From positions 1-51,089 of the IMG/VR virus record IMGVR_UViG_3300022879_000005: 51,089 nucleotides of DNA; one strand, written 5' to 3'. The notes under the pieces were generated by a model. The model worked only from the letters and a program-made list of their open reading frames with translations. It did no database searches and was not told the DNA's origin. How positions within the stretch are numbered: the first letter of the stretch is position 1; each line of letters opens with the position of its first letter. A program made the translations under genes and the position numbers. The DNA comes from a virus. Lineage: Duplodnaviria > Caudoviricetes. Positions 1 to 9,673 of the stretch are shown piece after piece.

Positions 1-2
1 AG

Positions 3-941
3 GCGTTGCGCCACAGCCTTCCAGTGTTCTACCGGGGTCCACGGTGTCGGGGTGACCTCGACGGCCTTTCGCATGGCCGACAGGTTGACCACGCTGGCGT
101 GCATGTGGGCCTGGTCCTCAGTGGCGAAGGCCAGGTGTTCGCCAGTTTCCAGGTCTTTGACGGCATACAGCCCCGCGGTGGCATCCTGGCGCGCGTCTTC
201 GCAAATGGCTTCCAGGTGCGACTTCTCGGCTTCTGTCATCAGCTCCGTGCCACGCTTGGTAGCGTCGGCCAGCTCTTTCTGCGCAAGGATCTGCTGGGCG
301 GCATGGCGCGCGAAGTAGATGCGCTGCATCACGCTGTTGGTTGGCTTGCTCAGCTCGTAATCCAGGTCATCCGACAGCTCAAGCAGCTCCTGGTGTTCCT
401 CCAGCCAGCGGAAGGCGCCAGCAATCGAATTGTCTTCCAGGTCAGAAACTTCGTTCAAGGCGACGGCCAGCGCACCATACTCGGGATCGATCTTCGCATT
501 TTCCAGCAACCAATCGCGCTGTTGCTTGAAGCGATCGGCCTTCGGCGCCGTTTGCGGCAACCACTGGGGCAGGTTCGGGATATTGCGCAGCCCCAGCAGT
601 TCTTCGATCGCGTCAAACACGATCCACTCCAGGTTTTCTTGGTCCAGGTCCTTTTCCAAGCAATTCGGGTCCAGCTTCGCCAGCACGTATTCGTCATCCT
701 CGCCTTCGTTGGCCAGGAACTTCAAACCGTAGGAAGCGCCGACCTTCCACACCAGGTTGCCGCAATCGCCGTACATGGCGATACCGTAGCGCGACATAAC
801 CAGGTCGAAGGCGTAGGCGTGGCTGCCCGGCTTCTGAGCGCGCCATGCTTCCAAGCTGTCAGTCTTGGCCAGCAGCGTGTACTGGTGGTCCTTGATCCGT
901 TCTGCGCAGTTTTCTGGGGTTGGAGTGTGGCGCTTGGTCAT
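3..941 (-). CDS. hypothetical phage protein (3' end runs off the window)
   Basis: Read manually: ATG at 941 after ACAAGGA gives MTKRHTPTPENCAERIKDHQYTLL...; apparently no stop before the edge, which explains its absence from the ORF track. Confidence 0.7.
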   Translation of the reverse strand, partial: MTKRHTPTPENCAERIKDHQYTLLAKTDSLEAWRAQKPGSHAYAFDLVMSRYGIAMYGDCGNLVWKVGASYGLKFLANEGEDDEYVLAKLDPNCLEKDLDQENLEWIVFDAIEELLGLRNIPNLPQWLPQTAPKADRFKQQRDWLLENAKIDPEYGALAVALNEVSDLEDNSIAGAFRWLEEHQELLELSDDLDYELSKPTNSVMQRIYFARHAAQQILAQKELADATKRGTELMTEAEKSHLEAICEDARQDATAGLYAVKDLETGEHLAFATEDQAHMHASVVNLSAMRKAVEVTPTPWTPVEHWKAVAQR

Positions 942-1095
942 GCTGGTGGTCCTTGTGAGTCGCTGGGCTTCGGGGGGCAAGTTTTCCCAATCCGGGGCTG
1001 CTGGTGGGTCGTGGAGGTCGCAGGTGCGACCTGGGAACTCCCTGTAGTGGTTGAGCATGCTGGGCTCTCTGGTCTATCTGGCTGATTGAACGTGC

Positions 1096-1287
1096 TTACT
1101 GGTGGGTATCGCGGGAAACGATGCGTGCGCGGCCTTTCCGGCCTGTTTGCTCCACACCGTTAACGAATACCCGGCCGTAGAAAATGACGACTTCCGCGCC
1201 GCTGGGTGGCTCGCAGCTGGCGCCTACCGAAGCATCACCCTGGCCGCGGCCGAACATGCGCAGCAGCGCGCGGAAAATGGCTTTCAC
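1096..1287 (-). CDS. small hypothetical protein
   Basis: GTG at 1287 overlaps the upstream stop (GTGA coupling); MKAIFRALLRMFGRG... Confidence 0.55.
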   Translation of the reverse strand: MKAIFRALLRMFGRGQGDASVGASCEPPSGAEVVIFYGRVFVNGVEQTGRKGRARIVSRDTHQ

Positions 1288-2021
1288 GCCAGTGATTCCT
1301 GAGCCGGCGGGCGCTTTTGCTTGACTGGGGCGCCATCTGCAGGCGCTTGAGACGTGCCAGCGAAGGCTGTCATGCCGCCGCTCTGGTATTCGGGGGTGGC
1401 GCCGTCGACCAGGAATGGCTCCACGACGTGCCAAGTCCATTTGCCGCTGAGGGCCTGGGTAAGCCATACAGCCCACACAGGGGCGTTTTCCCAGCTGGGG
1501 GCAGGCTTAACCTTGGAACGTTGCTTGGCGGGCTTTCTGGCGGGCTTGGCGGCGCCTGGCGCCAGCTTGACGGGGCGAACCAGGCCCTTCTCAGTGGTTT
1601 CGGCAGTTTCACGCGCGCGAAGGCCCTGCTCGAATACCTTGCTGACGGTGTGGGAACCCAAGCCGTCGGCCGGATCGATCCCGCGCGCGCAGTGAGGGCA
1701 GCACGGCAACTGATTACGTGAGCGCCACACGCCTTCCACGCGCTTGGCGGCCAGTAGGTGCAGATTCACCTCTGTAGCAGCCTTGGCCTCGCTCTTTTGA
1801 TGCTCCAGGCTGCGAACCTGGCTTTTCCAGCTCGCAGCCAGCATGCCGAGGGCCCAATAGGCGGAAATCTGTTTCTCGCAGTCCAGGCATTTGACCACCT
1901 GGCCCACGTCATCGAGCTGGATACGCCGGTGCTGGCAGCCCTCATGTCGGCGCCGGGCATCATCTTTCAGCCTGGCTATCTGCAGTTCGGCGAACTGTAC
2001 AACGTTGGTTAAATCGGTCAT
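1284..2021 (-). CDS. hypothetical protein with Cys pairs (zinc-ribbon-like)
   Basis: CQH...CLDC and CPHC motifs, GGAG RBS, upstream TATGAT -10. Confidence 0.75.
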   Translation of the reverse strand: MTDLTNVVQFAELQIARLKDDARRRHEGCQHRRIQLDDVGQVVKCLDCEKQISAYWALGMLAASWKSQVRSLEHQKSEAKAATEVNLHLLAAKRVEGVWRSRNQLPCCPHCARGIDPADGLGSHTVSKVFEQGLRARETAETTEKGLVRPVKLAPGAAKPARKPAKQRSKVKPAPSWENAPVWAVWLTQALSGKWTWHVVEPFLVDGATPEYQSGGMTAFAGTSQAPADGAPVKQKRPPAQESLA

Positions 2022-2058
2022 GCCAAGCTCCGGGGTATCGCTTGGCCATCATCATACC

Positions 2059-2070
2059 TATCCGCGTACA
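2059..2070 (-). promoter_or_regulatory. operator family B (TGTACGCGGATA) next to TATGAT -10
   Basis: Exact 12-mer also at 13782, 14375 and 14397. Confidence 0.6.
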
Positions 2071-2119
2071 ATCGTAATAGCATTTTGTATATTTGAGTTG
2101 ATTTTGCTTATCTGCAGGC

Positions 2120-2147
2120 GAAAAAAAGCCCCAATGACGGGGCTTCT
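2120..2147 (-). terminator. intrinsic terminator
   Basis: AGCCCC-loop-GGGGCT hairpin with a T7 tract on the minus strand. Confidence 0.75.
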
Positions 2148-2177
2148 AGGGGCAGCTGACGAGGTTACCAGGCAGGC

Positions 2178-2387
2178 TTAGCCTCGCATGCGTACTGTAC
2201 CCACCTGCACGCCTGGACCAGCCACGCTAGCTTCCGGCTTGACCCGTCCGAGGTGGTATTCAGCGTACTGACTCGCCCCGTCCTGGATCACGCACACCGC
2301 CAGAATCCGCCAGCCTTCATCAAGGCGGCGCTGGGCTTGGGTATGTCCGGTTTCAGTTCGCAGTTCTGTAACGTCTTCAATCGCCAT
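2178..2387 (-). CDS. small hypothetical protein
   Basis: AAGGAG RBS, own TATACT -10 and downstream terminator. Confidence 0.7.
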   Translation of the reverse strand: MAIEDVTELRTETGHTQAQRRLDEGWRILAVCVIQDGASQYAEYHLGRVKPEASVAGPGVQVGTVRMRG

Positions 2388-2470
2388 GGTCGTGCTCCTT
2401 GCGTGAATGGTGGCCCAGTATAATCACATGGCGTCCAGTGTAGGCGCGCCAACCGTTGTCCTTAGCCAAG

Positions 2471-3334
2471 CTAGCTTTGGTGCGCAACACGCAATTCAGG
2501 CTCATCGCGCTGATCGATGAGGAACGCCGCCCGGGTCCAGGCCTCACGCTCAGTGCTGGCGTGACAATCGATCCCGTCCACGCCCTGCAGCTCGAACCGA
2601 TCTGGCGAAACCTGGACAACGGTAGCGCCTGGGCGTCGGTACCCCACGATTTGCTCCGCTCGATCGCTGACAAACTGCTCAGCCTTACGCTTGAGGTCCT
2701 CGACCAGGCGGTGAAGCTTTCGCTCAGCATCACGCATAACTTTGATGCCGTGCTTCTGCCCCAGCTGGCCTTGAATCTGCCGCGACTCATTCGATTCAAG
2801 GATAGGGACGGTCCAGATGGCCGCCATTTCACCAGGGGAAGGGTCTGTGCGGTTGTTCATGACAATCTGGGTGTCCCGATAGCCGATCACATGGAAGCCC
2901 AGGCTCTCGTAAACCGGCACCTTGTTGATAAAGCACGTCAACTCGATGTGAGGGCATTGCTCGGCCACCGCTTTCATCATGCCCCTGGCGATGCCTTTAC
3001 GGCGGTGTCCGTTGGCCACGGCCATATAGGACAGGCCGCATGCCTTGTGGTCCTGGATCACCGGCAGGTAAAGCACGAAGCCGATAACGCTCTTTTGAGC
3101 TTCGTCAGCGAAGGCCACCACCAGACGCACAGGCGCTTGTTCATCCATCTGCCCGACACGTCCAACGTACTGCAGGATTTCCGTAGACAGCGTGTATTGG
3201 TACAGCGGGTAGATCGGATTGCTTGGAGGCAAACCCAGCATGGACAAGTCAGTTACGTTGTCCTGCGTCAGCTGCGCAATCTGGGACGCGACAGCATGCG
3301 GCACCCTGCCGGTGTAAGTGACGATTTTATGCAT
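2471..3334 (-). CDS. GNAT family N-acetyltransferase with C-terminal extension
   Basis: Motif A AVANGHRRKGIARGMM, plus VPVYESLGF. Confidence 0.85.
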   Translation of the reverse strand: MHKIVTYTGRVPHAVASQIAQLTQDNVTDLSMLGLPPSNPIYPLYQYTLSTEILQYVGRVGQMDEQAPVRLVVAFADEAQKSVIGFVLYLPVIQDHKACGLSYMAVANGHRRKGIARGMMKAVAEQCPHIELTCFINKVPVYESLGFHVIGYRDTQIVMNNRTDPSPGEMAAIWTVPILESNESRQIQGQLGQKHGIKVMRDAERKLHRLVEDLKRKAEQFVSDRAEQIVGYRRPGATVVQVSPDRFELQGVDGIDCHASTEREAWTRAAFLIDQRDEPELRVAHQS

Positions 3335-3470
3335 TTGCGGGCAGTTCCTTCGATTTCGCGGTTAGCAGACCATTTCGAGGATGCCCTCGGAATGGCATAG
3401 AGTTGGGGGGGGCGCTTACTCTTCGTTGCTCATTTCTGCGTCCTTTCTACTGGTTAGATACGGGTGGGGG

Positions 3471-3725
3471 TTACTGCTCCAGCTCCAGCATGCGAGCCGT
3501 AGCAACGTTGTCGATCAGCACATACAGTCGCTCAACGTCTGCCGCCGGTATGGCCTTGAGCAGCTCCAGGGCTTTAACCAAGGCCTCGGTACCGGCCTGC
3601 AGAATCATGCAGTTGACCGGGGTGTCAGCCTTTTCGAGCCGCGCCAGTTCCTTGCGCAGTTCTACTTCGATAACGGCCGGCATAACCAGCTTGGGTACCA
3701 ACGGGCCACCTTCGCGCCAGCTCAT
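3471..3725 (-). CDS. hypothetical protein
   Basis: ATGA coupling with the upstream gene. Confidence 0.7.
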   Translation of the reverse strand: MSWREGGPLVPKLVMPAVIEVELRKELARLEKADTPVNCMILQAGTEALVKALELLKAIPAADVERLYVLIDNVATARMLELEQ

Positions 3726-3982
3726 TTCGGGGTATTCCTGATCAGGTCGGGCAGACGATCCAAGGCGCGGCGCAGTTCATCCCACGGGTGGCGGACAAAG
3801 TCGCGTTCGTTGCTGCAGCCCGCATACGCATGCGCGAACGGCTGGCCAGCATCGATAACGGACTGATACGCGCCGCAGTCCCGGCAGTGGATATCAGTGC
3901 GTACAACCTCCCAGGACTCGTTGAACGTGCTCAGGCCGTCGGCCAGGCAGTCTTGGGCAAATTTGAAGTCACGTGCGCTCAC
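3722..3982 (-). CDS. small zinc-finger-like protein
   Basis: CRDC...H...C motif; coupled start/stop. Confidence 0.7.
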   Translation of the reverse strand: MSARDFKFAQDCLADGLSTFNESWEVVRTDIHCRDCGAYQSVIDAGQPFAHAYAGCSNERDFVRHPWDELRRALDRLPDLIRNTPK

Positions 3983-4254
3983 CGGCCCAGCCTCCTACGG
4001 AATGATGCAGCCTGATCCTTGAACAGCTCCGCCAGTTGGTCGCAAGCCGGCGCCTGCAGGCCAGCGGCATAGGCGGCGGTCCGGCGTTGGGAGGCGGTCA
4101 GAACCCCGATCGGCTCCCCGCTCTGTACCTGAATCGCAGCACCCTGCATTTCCTGCAGGTGGACCGCAGCCGTCAGGGCTATGTCGGAGCGCAGGCGCAT
4201 GGCGGGTATACGGTCCATGGCGCCAGCCAGTTCGGCGGGGCTTCGCTGAATCAT
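3979..4254 (-). CDS. hypothetical protein
   Basis: Coupled overlaps on both sides; AAGGA RBS. Confidence 0.65.
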   Translation of the reverse strand: MIQRSPAELAGAMDRIPAMRLRSDIALTAAVHLQEMQGAAIQVQSGEPIGVLTASQRRTAAYAAGLQAPACDQLAELFKDQAASFRRRLGR

Positions 4255-4508
4255 TGGTAGTCCTTATCGTTGATGGCGGGCAGTGGCGAGCCGTGCGTAG
4301 CCATCATTACACAGGGTGTAACGGCGGTCATTTTGCGGCTGACTGCCTGGGCGTGGCGCACGAGCTGATAGCCGGTGGCCAGGCCGCTGGCGAATAGCGC
4401 ACCTGCAGCGATCAAGCGTAGCCAGAACCCATCGCCCAGCACGGCCACGGGCAGAATCACTGCCAGTGCAAGCAGGCCCAGCTGGGCGCGGAATAGGTGG
4501 TGGTACAC
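4251..4508 (-). CDS. small membrane protein (2 TM)
   Basis: Two hydrophobic helices; AGGAG RBS. Confidence 0.65.
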   Translation of the reverse strand: MYHHLFRAQLGLLALAVILPVAVLGDGFWLRLIAAGALFASGLATGYQLVRHAQAVSRKMTAVTPCVMMATHGSPLPAINDKDYQ

Positions 4509-4565
4509 GGCTCGCTCCTACTGCAGAAACGCGAAGGCCCCGACCGGGGTTGGCGGGGCCTTCGG

Positions 4566-4595
4566 ATTATAGGCGCGAACGCGCGTTCGCGCCAT
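4566..4595 (-). promoter_or_regulatory. sigma70-like promoter (ATGGCG-18-TATAAT) with a perfect 22-bp palindromic operator, family A
   Basis: GGCGCGAACGCGCGTTCGCGCC at 4572-4593 fills the promoter spacer. Confidence 0.7.
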
Positions 4596-4599
4596 AGCG

Positions 4600-5124
4600 T
4601 TACTGGATGCGGGAGCCCTCAATTTCCTCAATGTGCCCCACCAGGTCAGGTACCGCGGCTGCTATCAGCATCAGGGCCCCCACCTTGCGGGGGTGGCCAC
4701 CGCAGATAATGCCCGTCACATCCTGCACCTCGTGCGCCATCTCCTTTATGTGGCTCAAGGGCTCTTGCCCGTAGGTGCGCAGTGGCGCGTCAGGATCGAA
4801 GGTCAGCCGCACCTTGGCCAGCTCGTCCTGCAGCGCCTTGACGTGCAGTTCTAGCGCAACATCGAGTCGGGCATGCTGGCTGTACCCGTCCTGCTCCGCC
4901 AGCACGTCATTGAGGCTGATTACGCTGGCCTGCAGCGCCTGCAGATCATCGATCGCCGGCAGGGCCTCACGACGCAGCGCCTGGGACAGCTGGCGCAGGG
5001 TCATGGTGCCCTCGCCCGGTACCGGTACCGTCACACGGGGCGATTCAAGCAAGGCCTCAATGGCCAGGCCCACCAGCAGCGTCAGCCGGCTTTCTCCCGA
5101 TTGGGGTGGGGTTTTTCTAGCCAT
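4600..5124 (-). CDS. hypothetical protein
   Basis: GGAGG RBS; part of an overlapping operon. Confidence 0.7.
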   Translation of the reverse strand: MARKTPPQSGESRLTLLVGLAIEALLESPRVTVPVPGEGTMTLRQLSQALRREALPAIDDLQALQASVISLNDVLAEQDGYSQHARLDVALELHVKALQDELAKVRLTFDPDAPLRTYGQEPLSHIKEMAHEVQDVTGIICGGHPRKVGALMLIAAAVPDLVGHIEEIEGSRIQ

Positions 5125-5713
5125 TGTCTTCCTCCTGATTCAACCAGGCCGGGGGTAGCGGCACCAGATTTCCTTCTTTCAACTCACGCACTGCCTTCTC
5201 CAGGCGGTACATGACGTGCCAGGTGGCCAAGTCCTTCTCCGACATGCCCGATGTACCTGGTGCTGGCTCAGGTTCTGAATGTTCTTCCCTGAACTGGTCC
5301 ATGATGGAGCGGATTGCCAAAACAGCAGCGGTCACGCCAGCTACATAGGTCAGGGCTTCCCCGCCAACATGGTCCAATGGCCAGGCCTTCAAAAGGCGAT
5401 CGCCTGCGTACTCAAGCACAGGCGCACCGTTCTCGTCATACCGCCACTTGCCGTCCTTGTCGTACGTGGCAAGGCTTGTCCTCACGTCGCGTTCGCCGCA
5501 CCAGTTGTCGATATGGCGAATGGCGTACAGGCCGGGCTTCACTACTTCTGCCGTCTCGACAGCATGCTGGTCTTTCGCTGCCTCGACCAGCTGGCGCAGT
5601 ATGCCCACCTCGCCCTCGTATTGGCCTGGGTCGCCCAGGTCATCGAGGAACGTGGTGGCCATGGCCAGCGTGATGCTGTTCAGCACATACTCAGTGCGGT
5701 TGGTGTCAGTCAT
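5117..5713 (-). CDS. hypothetical protein
   Basis: GGAG RBS; overlaps with neighbours. Confidence 0.7.
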   Translation of the reverse strand: MTDTNRTEYVLNSITLAMATTFLDDLGDPGQYEGEVGILRQLVEAAKDQHAVETAEVVKPGLYAIRHIDNWCGERDVRTSLATYDKDGKWRYDENGAPVLEYAGDRLLKAWPLDHVGGEALTYVAGVTAAVLAIRSIMDQFREEHSEPEPAPGTSGMSEKDLATWHVMYRLEKAVRELKEGNLVPLPPAWLNQEEDNG

Positions 5714-6206
5714 GGGCCGGGCTCCACGGGGTCAGTGGCGTGTCGTAACCGAGCATTTGCGGGTGCTTGGGCTGTCCACCGGCGGTTTTGCCGAAGTGAA
5801 GAACTGGCTTGTTGCTGGCCAGCAGCTGCGCGAGCACGGTATCGAACGTGCCGCGCAGGTGGCGGGGGATCTTGTCCGATGCGCCCCAGCACGGCACCAG
5901 CACGTCAGCGTCTGCAATGATCTGGTTGAAGTGCACCGCCCATTCAGGCCCCTGCGCCGTCTCGGTGGTGTGGGCCGCCAGGCGCTTCACGTCCTTGGAG
6001 CGGAAGCCGAAGACGTTGCCGACGATGAACCGACGCCCGCCGTTGCGCAGGGTGAAGCCAATCCACTTGCGCACGGTTGCGTCGTTCAGGACGGCATCAG
6101 CGGTTGAGGGGTTGATACCAAAGTAGGCGTAGGTGATGCCTTCCGGCTGCACCTCACGTTCCAGTCGGTACCGGTACAGTTCGCAGGAGCTGAAAATGGC
6201 GCTCAT
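5706..6206 (-). CDS. DUF1643 family protein
   Basis: YRYRLER...GINPSTAD...DATVRK...NVFG...WG...PKHP signature; ATG at 6206 coupled to the upstream stop. Confidence 0.85.
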   Translation of the reverse strand: MSAIFSSCELYRYRLEREVQPEGITYAYFGINPSTADAVLNDATVRKWIGFTLRNGGRRFIVGNVFGFRSKDVKRLAAHTTETAQGPEWAVHFNQIIADADVLVPCWGASDKIPRHLRGTFDTVLAQLLASNKPVLHFGKTAGGQPKHPQMLGYDTPLTPWSPAHD

Positions 6207-6508
6207 GCTGTCACCCGCTCCGGCCGGAACACACAGCCGTCGTCGTTGAACTCGGCGATTACCTTGCCGTGCTCGTCGAAGTACTTGGTGCGCCACGTCG
6301 GGTGGCAGTTGACGGGCTTGGGCCCGCGGCGCATTTGGTTGGCAAAAGTCACGCCCAGGTTTGCGCCGATCGTCTTGGTGATGGTGCCTATGTGGCCATT
6401 CACCTCCACCTGCATACCCAGGCGGGCGAATTCGATGCCACGCATGCGCATCATTTCGTCAACGAAGTGCTGTTGCTTGGCGGTGAGTGCTGGTTTCTTG
6501 CTGGTCAT
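6203..6508 (-). CDS. conserved phage hypothetical protein
   Basis: GMQVEV..G.GTI...NCHPTW motif, common in phage accessory genes. Confidence 0.75.
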   Translation of the reverse strand: MTSKKPALTAKQQHFVDEMMRMRGIEFARLGMQVEVNGHIGTITKTIGANLGVTFANQMRRGPKPVNCHPTWRTKYFDEHGKVIAEFNDDGCVFRPERVTA

Positions 6509-6539
6509 AGTCGTAATCCGGTGCTGAATGCGTGTGTGT

Positions 6540-7421
6540 TTAAAACCAGGTTTCGCTTTCCGGCTCTGGCTCTGGGGCCGGGGCGGCGTTGTTCTGCAGG
6601 TAGTCCTGGGCCAGCTTGATGCTGTAGATGGCGGCTTGGCCGCCAGTGACCCAGTGATCAGTTACCCAACGGTAACGGCCAGTCTCGAAGGTGCACCAGC
6701 CCTTGCGCGCCACAAGCTTGAACGCGAAAAGGGCTAGGTCACTCTCCAGACGGAAATGAGTAGCGCCCAGGGCCAGGTTTTCGGCCAAGGCCGCGGCGTG
6801 GGATTGGTTCAGGCCAACCGGCAACGGTTGGCCCTTGTACTCAATCGGCGCCGCCACGTTGCGGGTGCGGGCGTCGATTTGCAGCTCTGTGAGGTTGCGC
6901 ACCGGGCTTCCGCCGTAGCCTTCCGGCAGCTTGTCGGCCTTTTTGGCTGGTACGCGGAATGGCTTTGGCTTGGCCAGCGGCCCATTGAATTCGTTGGGGG
7001 TACGCTCCGGGGTGGTGGCCACCGGCGCCGGCGCGGCTCTGGCAGGCTTGGGCGTTGGCTCAGGGTTGACCGCTGAGGTTGGCGCCGGCTCCGGTACCGG
7101 CTCAGGTGTGGGTGCCTCGACCGGTTGCGCAGCTGATGCGGGCACGGTCACCAGCTGCGGCCGCTGGCGGCGGCGGGTCAACTCTGGGCGTTCCTCCAGC
7201 TGGCGAAAATCCGGCTCGTCGGCGCCGTAGTGGATGCTCCCCACCTGGCGGCCCAAGTCGCTCTGTTCTTCCGCCCAAGCCACCAGCGCCAGCCCTCGGG
7301 CCACCAGCAGGTTGAGGTTGTCCTGGCCGCAACGGGCCATCAGGGCGTCAAGCTTGCGCTTGCTTTCTTCGCCCATGGTGAAATTGAAGTCGTGACGGAC
7401 TGGCTGCTCGGCGGCGTTCAT
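6540..7421 (-). CDS. hypothetical protein with RHH-like N-terminus and Pro/Ala-rich linker
   Basis: FNFTMGEESKRKLDALM-type strand-helix start; first gene after the promoter at about 7503-7530. Confidence 0.7.
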   Translation of the reverse strand: MNAAEQPVRHDFNFTMGEESKRKLDALMARCGQDNLNLLVARGLALVAWAEEQSDLGRQVGSIHYGADEPDFRQLEERPELTRRRQRPQLVTVPASAAQPVEAPTPEPVPEPAPTSAVNPEPTPKPARAAPAPVATTPERTPNEFNGPLAKPKPFRVPAKKADKLPEGYGGSPVRNLTELQIDARTRNVAAPIEYKGQPLPVGLNQSHAAALAENLALGATHFRLESDLALFAFKLVARKGWCTFETGRYRWVTDHWVTGGQAAIYSIKLAQDYLQNNAAPAPEPEPESETWF

Positions 7422-7502
7422 TGGGCCACCTTACCGGGCTTGCCCGGGCACTGCAGAATGTTCGGCATGGGGTAAATCCTGTATCTGGCTGATTGCCCGA
7501 CC

Positions 7503-7555
7503 ATCATACACGAACGCGCGTTCGCGCCAACACGTTTACGCGCGAACGCGCGTTT
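7503..7555 (-). promoter_or_regulatory. promoter TTGGCG-16-TATGAT with family A operator repeats
   Basis: CGAACGCGCGTTCG palindrome in the spacer, plus upstream copies. Confidence 0.7.
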
Positions 7556-7598
7556 GATTGGTGGTCGGCACCAGCACGGCGCCGACCAAAGCCATGAA

Positions 7599-8225
7599 TT
7601 ACGGGAGGTTGTCCTTCCCGCAGTTCGGGCAGCCGTCAGCGACCTGGTTACGGCTGATGAACACGCCACAGTAGTAGCAACGGTTCGTCGACCGGACGCG
7701 GGGAGGCTTGGCAAGCACCACCCCAGTACCCCGCAACGCTATCCCGACTTTGACCGCGCCAGCCGGCACCACTTTGCGCGCTAGCTGCTCGGCCAGGGCA
7801 GCCGGTACCAGGCGCACGTTATGGTGCTTGGGCTTGGCCATCGCCCGGGCTATGCCGATCGGGAAGGCATGGGCCCGGGCAAAGTTGCTGGTGATATCGC
7901 CGTCATCGGTCAGCCAGTACAGGTCGTTTCCGTTCCAGGCTCGCTCTGCATGCAGATAGCCACGCTCGGCTGCCTGTAAGCCGGCTTCTACCGCTTCTGC
8001 CTTGAGGTATTGGCAATCTACGGCGGTTTCGGTGCGCTTCTCCAAGTACGCCAGCGGCCAGGGAATATCGCTTTTACGGCTCCGGTTCTGATCCTGGGCC
8101 TGTTCCTGCGAATAGCGCTCGGCCTTCTCCAGATCGCTGGTATAGCCTCCGCCCAGCGCCCAGAACATCATGCGATCGCCTACCAGGCTGCGCGAATCCT
8201 GCAGCACCCACACTTCACCGCTCAT
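7599..8225 (-). CDS. conserved phage protein with C-terminal zinc ribbon
   Basis: LQDSR..VGD.MMFW..GGGYT.DL..A motif; CYYC...CPNC. Confidence 0.75.
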   Translation of the reverse strand: MSGEVWVLQDSRSLVGDRMMFWALGGGYTSDLEKAERYSQEQAQDQNRSRKSDIPWPLAYLEKRTETAVDCQYLKAEAVEAGLQAAERGYLHAERAWNGNDLYWLTDDGDITSNFARAHAFPIGIARAMAKPKHHNVRLVPAALAEQLARKVVPAGAVKVGIALRGTGVVLAKPPRVRSTNRCYYCGVFISRNQVADGCPNCGKDNLP

Positions 8226-8622
8226 ACGCCGACTCCTGCAGGTTGGCGGCGCAGTGCAGCACCTTGGGGATTCGGATTGATTCACCCACCACACCACTTA
8301 CATAAGCGCGGCACACGGCAATGTGCGGGGTTTTACCATCATGCTCGTCGTCGCCGGCAAGCCACACGTCATCAGTGCGGCAATACGTCGGGGTGATCTT
8401 GGTTTTCAAGATCAGGGCGCCCAGCAGCCTCCAGTCCTCTTGCGGGTTGTAGCGCTCAGTGCGCTGCGCCGCTTTCCCGCCGCAACGGTAGTACACGCGC
8501 CAGTCGGTCAGATATGCCCGAGGACCGTCCAGGATCAGGTCCACGTCCTCAATGCCCCCGACGGCCCACGCCAGCGCCTCGCCGGCCAGGTGCGCCACCG
8601 GCACTTCAATCAATTCAGACAC
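8215..8622 (-). CDS. DUF2591 / NinX-like phage protein
   Basis: L.G.AL.WAV...Y.P..DW...G.LI...G.TP.IAVCRA.V pattern. Confidence 0.7.
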   Translation of the reverse strand: MSELIEVPVAHLAGEALAWAVGGIEDVDLILDGPRAYLTDWRVYYRCGGKAAQRTERYNPQEDWRLLGALILKTKITPTYCRTDDVWLAGDDEHDGKTPHIAVCRAYVSGVVGESIRIPKVLHCAANLQESAYER

Positions 8623-9017
8623 GGCAGCAGCTCCGGGGGCACGTCAAAGAAGCCCAGGCGCCCCTTGTAGGGGGTGAAAGGCAGTGGCTGGGGGGCACGC
8701 AATACGAACCCCTTGGCGCCCATGTACCAGGGCGAATCGCTTGTATCGACGGAATCAACCAGCTCGACCGAACCGATGAAGCCGCCGCACCAGCTCTGTT
8801 GCATTTCCTGCCGGGTTGGGAAATCACGCAACTCGGTGACCAGGCCAACACGCATGGCGTAATCCAGCCCTTCGCACCATTCCTCACTGGTCATGCCCTT
8901 GGAGGCATGCACCAGGAACCGCCCGCGAATTTTCGTGTGCCAGGTGCGGTTCTCAATGTCCTTGCCGCCGTGGACGATCAGCCAGGCCCAGGGCTGGCGA
9001 ATAGACAGGGCTTTCAT
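8610..9017 (-). CDS. ASCH domain protein
   Basis: MKALSIRQPWAWLIVHGGKDIENRTW...RG..LVHAS signature. Confidence 0.9.
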   Translation of the reverse strand: MKALSIRQPWAWLIVHGGKDIENRTWHTKIRGRFLVHASKGMTSEEWCEGLDYAMRVGLVTELRDFPTRQEMQQSWCGGFIGSVELVDSVDTSDSPWYMGAKGFVLRAPQPLPFTPYKGRLGFFDVPPELLPCLN

Positions 9018-9673
9018 AGTTCGATCCTTCTAAATTCAATCACCCACACCCACGGGTTAGCCGCCCACATAAAGCCCGTGCGCATCGACTCCCACAGCAT
9101 GTAGAAGGCTTCCCGGGCATCAGCGGTACCGCGCCCCTTGTATTCGTCACCTTCGGTAATGACGTACTTGCGCGTCCGGGCGTCGTAGAACATGCCCTCG
9201 GCCTTGGCCTGCTCGGCACCGATCGCCTGCAGGCGCCTGGCTTGCACGCTGACAATCTCCAGGATCAGCCGGGCGTGATGCAGGGGCATGGCGTCGGCGT
9301 CTTCCCACTGGGGGCGGCACAAGCACGGAGGTACCGCGGCCTTGAAGTAGTCCGCGATCCAGTCACCATCGGCCAGATAGGTAACCGCCCCGCCGTGCTT
9401 GTTCCAGGGTTCTTGCACGAACAGCCGATCACCAGGTACGCCGAAAGGGCACTCCCACACGGGCGGTTCTTGGCGGGCCACGTCATAGCACCCTTGCGGA
9501 TCGCCAGCGTGCCAGGCGTTCGGCTGGCCGCGGTTGGCGCCGTTCTCCATGGTGACCAGGCCGTTAATCGGTTGAGGCCGAACCGGCTCCCGGAAGGTCG
9601 TTTTGCGACCCTCCAGGATGGCGGCAGCCATTGCAGCGGACATAACGACCGGGCGTAGGCTCAGTTCTGTCAC
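9014..9673 (-). CDS. ASCH/PUA-fold phage protein
   Basis: AILEGRKT...CPFG.PGDRL.V.E...MP...R..LEI..V...RLQ.I...A.AEG...W.ANPWVWVIEF. Confidence 0.8.
   Translation of the reverse strand: MTELSLRPVVMSAAMAAAILEGRKTTFREPVRPQPINGLVTMENGANRGQPNAWHAGDPQGCYDVARQEPPVWECPFGVPGDRLFVQEPWNKHGGAVTYLADGDWIADYFKAAVPPCLCRPQWEDADAMPLHHARLILEIVSVQARRLQAIGAEQAKAEGMFYDARTRKYVITEGDEYKGRGTADAREAFYMLWESMRTGFMWAANPWVWVIEFRRIEL

Noticed and set aside
6-1085. 359-aa plus-strand ORF
   Set aside because: The minus strand holds the plausible gene (start 941), which the track missed because it runs off the window.
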